Assembly: GCA_019244185.1 (NCBI GenBank)
Contig: JAFATB010000023.1
Location: 480,001 to 544,000 of the forward strand
Source of the DNA: Acidobacteriota bacterium
Lineage (GTDB): Bacteria; Acidobacteriota; Thermoanaerobaculia; Gp7-AA8
Length of the DNA: 64,000 nucleotides
Direction: 5' to 3'
Shown: piece after piece, positions 21,077 through 29,761 of the stretch
Numbering within the stretch: the first letter of the stretch is position 1
Layout: the number at the start of each line of letters is the position of its first letter
Notes under the pieces: model-generated
What the model was told of the DNA's origin: nothing
Databases searched by the model: none
What the model saw: only the letters and a program-made list of their open reading frames with translations
Position numbers and translations under genes: made by a program

Positions 21077-22690
21077 ATGAGCACGGCTCGCACCCTCGCC
21101 ATCCTCTTCATCGCCTTCACGGTTCGCGCTGACGTGACGGCGACGCTCGACGACTACTTCACGCGCGCCGCCGCGCACGGCTTCTCCGGCTCGGTGCTCG
21201 TCGCGCGCGGCGACGAGATCCTGCTGCGCAAAGGGTACGGACTCGCCGACCGGCGCGCGCGCATCGCCGCGACGCCGCGGACCGCGTACAACATCGCGTC
21301 GCTCGACAAGCAGTTCATCGCCGCGGCGATCCTGAAGCTCGAAGAGAGCGGGAAGCTCGCGACGACCGACACGCTCGCGCGCTTCTTCGACTTCGCTCCC
21401 GACGACAAGAAGAACATCACGCTGCATCAGCTGCTCTCGCACACCTCGGGACTGCCGAACGATTACTGGGACGAGCACGCGGAGCTCTCGCGCGAGCAGT
21501 TCGTGCGCTTCGTGCTCGCCCAGCCGCTCGAGAGCCGCCCCGGAACGGAGTGGAGCTACTCGAACTCCGCGTTCATCGTGCTGGAGCGGATCATCGAGCT
21601 CGCGTCCGGGGTCGCGTACGAGCGCTACCTGCACGACGCGCTCTTCGCGCCGGCCGGCATGGCGTACACCGGCTTTGCGATTCCGAAATTGAAGCCGCAT
21701 CAGGTGGCGCACTACGACTTCTGGACCGTCGACACGAAGTCGCTGCCCGGCGACGTCGCGTTCGACGATCCGCTCCAGCGCCCGCCCGCGCGGCGCGTGC
21801 TCCTCTCCAGCGTCGACGATCTCCGCGCGTGGCACCAGCAACTGCCGTCGCTCCTCGGCCGCGCCTCGCTCGCGAAGCTCTACACGCCGGTGATGAGCGA
21901 CTACGCGTACGGCTGGAACGTCGTGCGGACGACGCGCGGCACGCGGCTCATCCACCACGGCGGCTCCGACACGAACACCGGGATGCTCGTCACGTATCGC
22001 AACTACGCCGACGAAAACGTCTTCTTCGTCATCGCCACGAACAGCATGCAGCCGTCTCTCGTCTCCGATTACATGGCCGCCGACGTCGAGGCGATGCTCT
22101 TCGGCGGCGCGGTCACGTTCCCGCCCGCCGCGCGACCGAACCGCGACGCGCTCGCCGGCAAGTACGGCGCGTACGACGTCGTCGCCGTCGACGGCGGTCC
22201 GCTCGTGCTGCGCACCGAGGATCGCACGGCGATGCTGGAGCTTCGCTTTCCCTCCGCACCGGCGGCGCAGGACGACGCCGCGAACGACCTCGTGCGCGCG
22301 GCGTTCGCCGGCGACTCCGCGACGGTCCAGCGCGCGACGCACGCGGGCGACGCATTCATGCAAACCGTCCGCGAAGGCATCGCGCAGTGGAAGCAGGCGT
22401 ATGGAAACGTCACGAACATTCGCACCGTCGGGCAGCGCACGTTCGTCTTCGAGGCGGAGCCGGAGATCCAGTCGTACGTCCGCGTCGACTTCGAGCGCGG
22501 CGCCGAGATCCTGCGCGTCATCCACACCGGCGCGGGACTGCTACGCCTCGATCGTCTGAAGATGCCGCCGTTCCTCGAAATGGTCCTCGCGCCGGCCGGG
22601 CCGGGGAAGTGGACGACGTGGGACTTCAAGCTCGGCACCGGCGCGATCGTCAGCCGCGACGGCAGCCGGCTCGTGCTTCAGGGACAATGA
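21077..22690 (+). CDS. Secreted serine hydrolase, beta-lactamase/AmpC-like family
   Basis: Signal peptide; FSGSVLVAR, SxxK (SLDK), LLSHTSG, YSN, HHGG. Confidence 0.85.
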   Translation: MSTARTLAILFIAFTVRADVTATLDDYFTRAAAHGFSGSVLVARGDEILLRKGYGLADRRARIAATPRTAYNIASLDKQFIAAAILKLEESGKLATTDTLARFFDFAPDDKKNITLHQLLSHTSGLPNDYWDEHAELSREQFVRFVLAQPLESRPGTEWSYSNSAFIVLERIIELASGVAYERYLHDALFAPAGMAYTGFAIPKLKPHQVAHYDFWTVDTKSLPGDVAFDDPLQRPPARRVLLSSVDDLRAWHQQLPSLLGRASLAKLYTPVMSDYAYGWNVVRTTRGTRLIHHGGSDTNTGMLVTYRNYADENVFFVIATNSMQPSLVSDYMAADVEAMLFGGAVTFPPAARPNRDALAGKYGAYDVVAVDGGPLVLRTEDRTAMLELRFPSAPAAQDDAANDLVRAAFAGDSATVQRATHAGDAFMQTVREGIAQWKQAYGNVTNIRTVGQRTFVFEAEPEIQSYVRVDFERGAEILRVIHTGAGLLRLDRLKMPPFLEMVLAPAGPGKWTTWDFKLGTGAIVSRDGSRLVLQGQ

Positions 22691-22696
22691 CCGCCC

Positions 22697-23107
22697 ATGC
22701 GCGCGTATCAAGTCGACAATCTGATCGCCATCACCGCGTCGTTCTTCATCGTGCTGACGATCACGCTGATCGTGGTCCGCGCGTGGCGCCGCGCGTTCGA
22801 GGCGCAGCACGAGCTCCGGCGGCAGCTGATCGACCGCATTGCTCCGGACGACCTCGCGCGCATGCTCGAGAGTCCCGACCGCGCGCGCGTGATCGCGGCG
22901 CTCACCGGCAGCGGCGAGGCGTCCGGCGCATCCGGCGCCATCGGCCGCGGCCTCATGCTGCTGCTGATCGGCGCGGCCCTCGGCGTCTCCGCGGCGACGT
23001 CGCACCTTCCTCTCGTCGGGATCGCCGGCATGGTCGCGTTCGCGGCCGGACTCGCGCAGCTGATCGTCGGCGCGCTGATGAAACGCGAACGCGAACGGCA
23101 TTCGTGA
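22697..23107 (+). CDS. Small membrane protein preceding an ECF sigma factor (DUF6249-like)
   Basis: Three hydrophobic helices; GTGA overlap with the sigma gene. Confidence 0.65.
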   Translation: MRAYQVDNLIAITASFFIVLTITLIVVRAWRRAFEAQHELRRQLIDRIAPDDLARMLESPDRARVIAALTGSGEASGASGAIGRGLMLLLIGAALGVSAATSHLPLVGIAGMVAFAAGLAQLIVGALMKRERERHS

Positions 23108-23559
23108 ACGAGCAGGAGCTCGAAGAGCTCTACCGCGCGACGGCGCCACGCCTGCGCCGCTACCTCGGCCGGCTCGTCGATCACGCGGACGATCTGACGC
23201 AGGAGACGTTCTATCGCTATCTGCGCGCCGGCTACACGGCGAGCGGCGAGGATCGAGTGCGCATTCTCTTCACCATCGCCACGAACCTCGCGCGCAATGC
23301 GTGGACACGAACGCGCACGCATGAGGAGTTGCACGAACGAACGCGCGCCGTCGACGCCGATCCGATCGAGCGCATCGATCTCATCGCGGCGCTACGGAAT
23401 CTCTCGCCGCGCGAACGGGCGCTGCTTTGGCTCACGCATGCCGAGGGCTACGAGCATCGCGAGGTTGCGCGCATGATGGGAATGGCACAGGCCAGCGTGC
23501 GCGTCCTGTTGTTTCGCGCGCGCAGGAAGCTCGCGCGGCTCATGGAGCGGGAACGATGA
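23104..23559 (+). CDS. ECF RNA polymerase sigma factor
   Basis: ELYRATAPRLRRYL, ADDLTQETF, LFTIATNLARN, LSPRERALLWL...EGYEHREVA...SVRVLLFRARRKL. Confidence 0.88.
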   Translation: MNEQELEELYRATAPRLRRYLGRLVDHADDLTQETFYRYLRAGYTASGEDRVRILFTIATNLARNAWTRTRTHEELHERTRAVDADPIERIDLIAALRNLSPRERALLWLTHAEGYEHREVARMMGMAQASVRVLLFRARRKLARLMERER

Positions 23560-23789
23560 TCGACCTCGACAAAGCATTCGCCGCACTGCCGCCCGCGGAA
23601 GCCGATCCCCGCGACAGCGGCACGGCGCGCGCGATCTGGCTTCGCGCGCGGATGGCTGCAATGGTCGAGGAAGACGCGCGCGCCGTGCGTCTCCGGCGGC
23701 TGCGGTTCGCGAGCGCCGCGCTGTTCGTCACGGCGATGGACGCGATCGCGCTGCTGGTCATCGCGTCGGTATTCACGACGAGCCGTTAA
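23556..23789 (+). CDS. Short single-TM protein, putative anti-sigma factor
   Basis: ATGA coupled to the sigma gene; IW.RA motif then one TM helix. Confidence 0.55.
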   Translation: MIDLDKAFAALPPAEADPRDSGTARAIWLRARMAAMVEEDARAVRLRRLRFASAALFVTAMDAIALLVIASVFTTSR

Positions 23790-24202
23790 TCGAGCCGCCC
23801 GCGCAGTCGCTTCGTCTCGCCGCGCCGCTTCTTCTCCTCGATCCGCTTTTGCTTCGCCGCCCGTGACGGACGTGTTTTCTTCCGCGGCTTCTGCTCTTCG
23901 AGCGCGGCGCTGAGCAGGTCTTCCATGCGCGCGAGGGCGCGGTCGCGGTTCTCGCTCTGGCTGCGCGCGATCTGCGAGGTCACGCGCAGGACGCCGTCGC
24001 GGTTGATCCTCGATGCGAGACGCTCGCGCACGAGCGTTTTCTTCGCGTCGTCGAGCGGCAGGCGATCGACGTCGGCTTCGATCGTGACACGCGTCTCGAC
24101 CTTGTTCACGTTCTGGCCGCCGGGACCGCCGCTGCGCGAGGTCGTCACGCGCAGCAGGTCCGCGGGAACGACGGTGCCGTCGGCGAGGACGAGGTCTCTC
24201 AT
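23786..24202 (-). CDS. arfB: Alternative ribosome-rescue peptidyl-tRNA hydrolase ArfB
   Basis: SRSGGPGGQNVNKVET, RSQ..NR, basic tail KPRKKTRPSRAAKQKR...KKRRG. Confidence 0.93.
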   Translation of the reverse strand: MRDLVLADGTVVPADLLRVTTSRSGGPGGQNVNKVETRVTIEADVDRLPLDDAKKTLVRERLASRINRDGVLRVTSQIARSQSENRDRALARMEDLLSAALEEQKPRKKTRPSRAAKQKRIEEKKRRGETKRLRGRLD

Positions 24203-25848
24203 CGCGTCACGCGGTGCAGCACGGCCTGTCCCGGTTTCGCGCCGGTGTGCTCGCCGTCGCGCAGCACCTGCGTGCCGTTGACGAACACGTCGACCATGCC
24301 CGTCGCGTACTGGAACGGCCGGTCGTACGTCGCGTGCGCGGCGACCGTCGCGGGATCGAAGACGACGACGTCGGCGTAGTTGCCGGCGCGCAGCAATCCA
24401 CGATCGGCGATGCCGAGGTTCGACGCCGGTAACGCCGTCAACCGCCGCACCGCTGCTTCGAGCGGGACGATCTGTTCGTCGCGCACGTACTTGCCGAGGA
24501 GGTTCGCGAAGTTGCCGTACTCGCGCGGATGCGTGCTGCTCTTGAGAAACACGCCCTCGGGCGCGGACGCCGCGGCATCGGAGCCGAAGCTCACCCACGG
24601 TTTGCGCAGTTCCTTGCGCAGATTGTCTTCGTCGATGATGAAGTAGACGGTGCCGATGGGACTCTCATCCTCGATCACGAGATCGACGATGGCGTCCTCG
24701 GCGGACACGCCGCGCATGCGCGCGACCTCCGCGAGCGTCTTGCCGGTGAGCGGCTTGAGCTTCTCGCTCTTGAAGCCGGTGAGCAGCACGCGCTCGGGCG
24801 AGCCGGAGAGCAGCAGCAGGTTCTCCCATGCGTCGCTCGGCGTGCGCATCTCGCGGATGACGCGCTCGCGCACGGCGGGATCCATGAGCCGCTGGCGCCA
24901 CGCCTTGAAGCCGCCTTCCTGCACCCACGGCGGCATCGTCGCGCCGAGCGAGGTGGCGCCGGCGGTGTACGTGTACATGTTCGCGGTGATGCGCTGCCCG
25001 CCGGCGCGCGCGGCCTCGATCTTCGCGAGCGTCGCGTCGAGCTTCGGCCAGTTCGCCTGACCGGCGGCCTTGAGGTGATAGATCTCGGCGGGGACGTTCG
25101 CTTCCCTTGCAATCGTCAGCAGTTCGTCGACCGCTTCGTCGAGGCGGTTGCCTTCGCTGCGCATGTGCGAGATGTACATGCCGCCGTACGGCGCGGCCGC
25201 CTTGCACAGTTCTACTAATTCCGTAGTTTTCGCGTAGAAGCCGGGCGGATAAATGAGCGCGCTGGCGATGCCGAACGCGCCGTCTTCCATCGCCTGGCGG
25301 ACGAGCGCGCGCATCTGATCGAGCTCCTGCGCGTTCGGCGCGCGATCGACTTCGCCGAGGACGTAGATGCGGACGGTGGTCGCACCGAGGAAGGAGGCGA
25401 CGTTCACGGAGACGCCGCGGCGGACGAGCGAGTCGAGATACTGACGCAGCGTCGTCCAGTCGACGGTGTACTTGATGTCGCCCTGCTGTTCCTGCGCGTC
25501 GCGCTTCATCGCGTCATTGAGCGGTCCCATCGACCACCCTTCGCCGAAGACTTCGAGCGTCACGCCCTGCTTCACGTCCGCCATCGCGCGGCCGTCGACG
25601 ATCAGCGACTCGGTGGCCCAGCTGAGCATGTTGATGAAGCCGGGCGCGACGGCGAGTCCGTGCACGTCGACCTCGCGCGCGGCGTGCCCGCGCACGTGGC
25701 CGATCGCGGCGATGCGCTGGCCGCGAATGGCGACGTCGCCGTGCACCGGCGGACCTCCGCTGCCGTCGTAGATCGTGCCGTTGCGGAGGATCGTGTCGTA
25801 GTGCGCGCAGGCGGGGAGGAGCAGCAGCAGGAAAAGCAGCTTGCGCAT
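24199..25848 (-). CDS. N-acyl-D-amino-acid deacylase (amidohydrolase) lipoprotein
   Basis: YDTILRNGTIYDGSG, APGFINMLSW, SHMRSEG, YHLK, GSDA, HPR.YG.F, ADVVVFDP. Confidence 0.9.
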   Translation of the reverse strand: MRKLLFLLLLLPACAHYDTILRNGTIYDGSGGPPVHGDVAIRGQRIAAIGHVRGHAAREVDVHGLAVAPGFINMLSWATESLIVDGRAMADVKQGVTLEVFGEGWSMGPLNDAMKRDAQEQQGDIKYTVDWTTLRQYLDSLVRRGVSVNVASFLGATTVRIYVLGEVDRAPNAQELDQMRALVRQAMEDGAFGIASALIYPPGFYAKTTELVELCKAAAPYGGMYISHMRSEGNRLDEAVDELLTIAREANVPAEIYHLKAAGQANWPKLDATLAKIEAARAGGQRITANMYTYTAGATSLGATMPPWVQEGGFKAWRQRLMDPAVRERVIREMRTPSDAWENLLLLSGSPERVLLTGFKSEKLKPLTGKTLAEVARMRGVSAEDAIVDLVIEDESPIGTVYFIIDEDNLRKELRKPWVSFGSDAAASAPEGVFLKSSTHPREYGNFANLLGKYVRDEQIVPLEAAVRRLTALPASNLGIADRGLLRAGNYADVVVFDPATVAAHATYDRPFQYATGMVDVFVNGTQVLRDGEHTGAKPGQAVLHRVTR

Positions 25849-25856
25849 GAAGCGTG

Positions 25857-25864
25857 AGTATAGT
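25857..25864. promoter_or_regulatory. Overlapping divergent -10 elements (TATACT minus, TATAGT plus)
   Basis: AGTATAGT in the 26-bp gap between the two divergent ATGs. Confidence 0.5.
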
Positions 25865-25874
25865 GGCGCGCCTC

Positions 25875-26576
25875 ATGTGGACGATCGAGCCCTCATCCCT
25901 CGGCCGCATCGCCGTTCCTCCGCAAATCCCCGACGGCTTCGCCGTCTTCTGCACGACGCGCGACTATCCGGGGAAGATCGTCGCGGACGAGCTCACGCGC
26001 GCGATCGCCGAACGCTTCAGCATCGACGCGTCGCTCACGACGTGCGTGCAGGTGCATGGCGCGCATGTGGTGCGCGCGCGTCGCGAAAACGCGTGGCGTG
26101 AATGCGACTCCTGCGACGCGCTTTGGAGCGACGAAATGCATACCGCCCTCGGCATTAAGGTTGCAGATTGCCTCCCGGTCACGATGATCGATCCTCTGCA
26201 GCGCGTCATGGCCAACGTGCACTCCGGATGGCGCGGCGCGGTGCAGCGCATCACGGCGGAAACGCTCGACGCACTGACGCGCGAAACGCGGTTCGACGCG
26301 GCGCAATCCTTCGCGTATCTCGGCCCTTCGATCCGCGCCTGCTGCTTCGAAGTCGGCGAGGAAGTGGCGTCGCGGTTCGACGAGCAGTTCGTCGATCGCA
26401 GCCGCGCGAAGCCGCACGTCGACCTCGTCGCGTTCACCGCGGCGTTGCTGCGCGAGCGCGGCGTCACGCGCATCTCCGACTCCGAGCTCTGCACGCGCTG
26501 CGACGGTTCGATCTTTCATTCGTTTCGTCGTGACGGAAAGGGCGGCGGCCGCAATCTCATGCTCGTCGCGCAGTAA
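25875..26576 (+). CDS. pgeF: Peptidoglycan editing factor PgeF (YfiH family)
   Basis: QVHG, CDAL, ADCLPV, HSGWRG, GPSI..CCFEVG, CT.C...FHSFRR. Confidence 0.88.
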   Translation: MWTIEPSSLGRIAVPPQIPDGFAVFCTTRDYPGKIVADELTRAIAERFSIDASLTTCVQVHGAHVVRARRENAWRECDSCDALWSDEMHTALGIKVADCLPVTMIDPLQRVMANVHSGWRGAVQRITAETLDALTRETRFDAAQSFAYLGPSIRACCFEVGEEVASRFDEQFVDRSRAKPHVDLVAFTAALLRERGVTRISDSELCTRCDGSIFHSFRRDGKGGGRNLMLVAQ

Positions 26577-26582
26577 CGACCG

Positions 26583-29402
26583 ATGACGACGATTCCTCCG
26601 ACGACCGACGCACCCGCTCCCGCCCCCGCACCGCGTCCCCGCCGGCGCCGTCCGCGCGTCACGCGCCGCACGGTGTTCCGCGCGATCTCGTGGACGGTCG
26701 GCGCGCTGTTCCTCCTCATCCTCATCCTCGGCGTCTACATCTACCGCTCCGCGGTCGGCCGCTTTCAGGTGCGCAAGCTCCGCCTGCCGACGCGCATCTA
26801 CGCCGACTTCACGCCGCTGCAGCCGGGCACGCGTCTCCACGCCGACGACGTGCTCGAGAAGCTCGACCGCCTCGGCTACCGCGAGGCCGAGCGCGTCGAG
26901 AAACCGGGCGACTTCCAGCGCTCCAACGACGGGCTCGACATCTACACGCGCGCGTTCAACCGCGCGAACGACGACTATCCCGCGGTGCCGCTGCGCGTCA
27001 CGTTCAACGGCGACGGCATCGAACAGGTCGTGTCGCTGAAGGAAGCGCGCCCGCTCGCGCGCGCGGCGCTCGAGCCGGAACTGCTGACGTCCGTGCTCAG
27101 CGAAGAGCTCGAGAACCGCAGTCCTGTGACGCTCGATCAGGTGCCGCAGTCGCTGCAGGACGCGGTCGTCGTCACCGAGGACGTGCGCTTCTGGCATCAC
27201 CCCGGCGTCGATCCGATCGGCATCTTCCGCGCGGTGTTCCGCAACGTGAAAGCGGGCGGCGTCTCGGAAGGCGCGTCGACCCTCACGCAGCAGCTCGTGA
27301 AGAACTACTACCTCACCAGCGAGCGCACGTTCAAACGGAAGATCGTCGAAGCGTTCATGGCGGTCATCCTCGACGCGCGCTATTCGAAGCGCGAGATCCT
27401 CGAGGCGTACCTCAACGACATTTACCTCGGCCGCAATCGTTCGATCTCGATCCTCGGCGTCGGCGAAGCGGCGCGCTTCTACTTCGGCAAGCCGGTCTCG
27501 GAGCTCAACATCCAGGAGTCGGCGACGCTCGCCGGCATGATCCGCAGCCCGAACAACTACTCGCCGTTCAACAACCCCGAGCTGTCGATGAAGCGCCGCA
27601 ACACCGTGCTGCAGCTGATGCTCAAGGAGAAGAAGATCACCCAGGCGCAGTACGACGCGGCACATGCGTCGAGCCTGCCGCGCAAGCCGTTCCGGCAGAA
27701 AACGGGACTCTCGTCGATCCCGTACTACGTCGACCGCGTGCTGCAGGAACTGCAGGATGACTACGGCATCGACGACGTCAAGGGGCGCGGACTGAAGATC
27801 TACACGGCCATCGACCTCGGCGCGCAGGACGCCGCCGCACGCGTCGTCGAGGCGAGCCTGCAGAGCATCGAGAAAGGCAACCGGCGGCTGCGCACGCATA
27901 CGCCGGCGTTGCAGGGCGTGCTCATTCACGTCGACGTGCCGACCGGCGAGATCCGCGCGCTCGTCGGTGGCCGCAACTACGAGCGCTCGCAGTTCAACCG
28001 CGCGCTGAAGTCGAAGCGCCTCGTCGGCTCGCTGTTCAAGCCGTTCGTCTATCTCACGGCCTTCGAGCCGAGCCTTTCGAATCAGAACATCACGCCGGCG
28101 ACGATGGTCAGCGACACGCGTTTCGTGCTCAAGCGGCGTTGGTCCGAGGACTGGTCGCCGCGCAACTACGACGGCCACTACGAAGGCAACGTGACCGTGC
28201 GCGAGGCGCTCGAGCATTCGCTCAACTCCGCGTCCGTGCGCATCGGACTCGCGTGCGGCATCGCGCCGATTCTCAAGACCGCGAAGACGCTCGGCGTCGA
28301 CACGGAGCTCGACGACAGCAACCCGTCGATCCTCCTCGGCGCGGTCGGCATTCCGCCGATCGAGATGGCCGAGGCGTATTCGACGATCGCGCGGCAAGGC
28401 GCGCGCATGCCGCTGCGCGCGATCCGCTACGTGACGGACGATCGCGGCCGCGCGCTGAGCGGGCCCGAGGATGCGAAACCGTCGCAGGTGTTCCCGCAGC
28501 GCGACATCTATCTCATCACGCACGTGATGGAAGGCGTCGTCGAGCGCGGTACGGCAGCGGGGGCGCGGTCGATGGGCTTCCGCAAAACGGCGGCGGGCAA
28601 GACCGGCACGACGAACGACAAGCGCGACGCGTGGTTCATCGGCTTCACGCCGCAGACGCTCACGGCGACGTGGGTCGGCTTCGACGACAACACGCCGACG
28701 GGCCTCGCCGGCGGCGACGCGGCGGTGCCGATGTGGACGCGCTACATGCTCGCGGTCACGGCGAACGAGCGAAACGCCGCGTTCCCGGTGCCGCCGGGCG
28801 TGACGTTCGCGGAAGTCGACAAGATGAGCGGCGGACTGGCCACGCCGTACTGCCCCGCGAACGCCGTGGTCAACGAGGCGTTCAAGGAAGGGACGCAGCC
28901 GACGCAGGCCTGCTCGCTCCACAGCGTCACGAATCCGAACCCCGTCATTCCGATGTACGACGAGTTCGGGAACCTCATCACCACCAACACCGCGCCGCCG
29001 CCTCCGCCGGAGCTGCCGCCGTCGTCCGCGACGGAGCCCGACTCGACGCTCACCGGCGGCATCTTCCGCACCGACACGAATCCGGCCGCGCAGGAGCCGC
29101 CGCCGGCGTCGCAACCGCCGCAGCAACGGCCGCCCGACCGTCAGCCGCCGCCCGAACGCCAGCCGCCGCCCACCACGACCGAACCGCCGCCCGAGCCGAC
29201 GCAGACGGACACGGACGCGGAGCCGCCGCCGACGTCGACCGACACGATCGGCGGCAATGCCGGTCGCAATCCCGATCGCACGGTGGCGGACGTATCATGG
29301 CCGCATGGCGGACGAAGTGAAGAACAGGCTGCGCAACTGGGGCATCGACGTCGACCGCTTCGAGGAGCGCGCGAAGGAATCGCTGCAGAACGCGCGCGGT
29401 GA
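26583..29402 (+). CDS. mrcB: Class A penicillin-binding protein 1B (UB2H, transglycosylase, transpeptidase, Pro-rich tail)
   Basis: TM anchor, L.RLGYR....PGDF, EDVRFWHH.G, GASTLTQQLVKN, SLFK, SLN, KTG. Confidence 0.88.
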   Translation: MTTIPPTTDAPAPAPAPRPRRRRPRVTRRTVFRAISWTVGALFLLILILGVYIYRSAVGRFQVRKLRLPTRIYADFTPLQPGTRLHADDVLEKLDRLGYREAERVEKPGDFQRSNDGLDIYTRAFNRANDDYPAVPLRVTFNGDGIEQVVSLKEARPLARAALEPELLTSVLSEELENRSPVTLDQVPQSLQDAVVVTEDVRFWHHPGVDPIGIFRAVFRNVKAGGVSEGASTLTQQLVKNYYLTSERTFKRKIVEAFMAVILDARYSKREILEAYLNDIYLGRNRSISILGVGEAARFYFGKPVSELNIQESATLAGMIRSPNNYSPFNNPELSMKRRNTVLQLMLKEKKITQAQYDAAHASSLPRKPFRQKTGLSSIPYYVDRVLQELQDDYGIDDVKGRGLKIYTAIDLGAQDAAARVVEASLQSIEKGNRRLRTHTPALQGVLIHVDVPTGEIRALVGGRNYERSQFNRALKSKRLVGSLFKPFVYLTAFEPSLSNQNITPATMVSDTRFVLKRRWSEDWSPRNYDGHYEGNVTVREALEHSLNSASVRIGLACGIAPILKTAKTLGVDTELDDSNPSILLGAVGIPPIEMAEAYSTIARQGARMPLRAIRYVTDDRGRALSGPEDAKPSQVFPQRDIYLITHVMEGVVERGTAAGARSMGFRKTAAGKTGTTNDKRDAWFIGFTPQTLTATWVGFDDNTPTGLAGGDAAVPMWTRYMLAVTANERNAAFPVPPGVTFAEVDKMSGGLATPYCPANAVVNEAFKEGTQPTQACSLHSVTNPNPVIPMYDEFGNLITTNTAPPPPPELPPSSATEPDSTLTGGIFRTDTNPAAQEPPPASQPPQQRPPDRQPPPERQPPPTTTEPPPEPTQTDTDAEPPPTSTDTIGGNAGRNPDRTVADVSWPHGGRSEEQAAQLGHRRRPLRGAREGIAAERAR

Positions 29403-29646
29403 TCTCTCGGAGATCACCGGCACGCTGCGCCACACGCTGATCGAGGCGAAGGACGTCCTGGTCGGCCTGCACGCGAACGGCGCGCCCGTCGCCGCCGAGC
29501 TGAAGTCGGGCTTCGAGCGCGCATGGCAGGAGATCGAGCGCGCGTTCTCATCGGCGCGGCAGAAGGCGAAAGATGCTGTGCATTCTGATGACGCGCCGCC
29601 GCTCGACGAGACGACGGGCGAAACGAACAACAACGATGAACGCTGA
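29305..29646 (+). CDS. Small helical hypothetical protein
   Basis: TATCAT-N6-ATG; host-like codons; ELKSGFERAWQEI amphipathic helices. Confidence 0.7.
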   Translation: MADEVKNRLRNWGIDVDRFEERAKESLQNARGDLSEITGTLRHTLIEAKDVLVGLHANGAPVAAELKSGFERAWQEIERAFSSARQKAKDAVHSDDAPPLDETTGETNNNDER

Positions 29647-29650
29647 AGAA
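29632..29650. repeat. Left arm of heptamer repeat (AACGATG AACGCTG)
   Basis: AACGATGAACG is the exact reverse complement of 32052..32062. Confidence 0.6.
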
Positions 29651-29761
29651 GCGTTCGCTGGTTGCTTCCGTTCGAAGGGACGCTGATTCCCTTGTTTGAC
29701 TTCTCTCCGTACGTCATGTTCTCCTTCCGATATCCGTCCGAAGGATCCTCTGCACCGTTGC

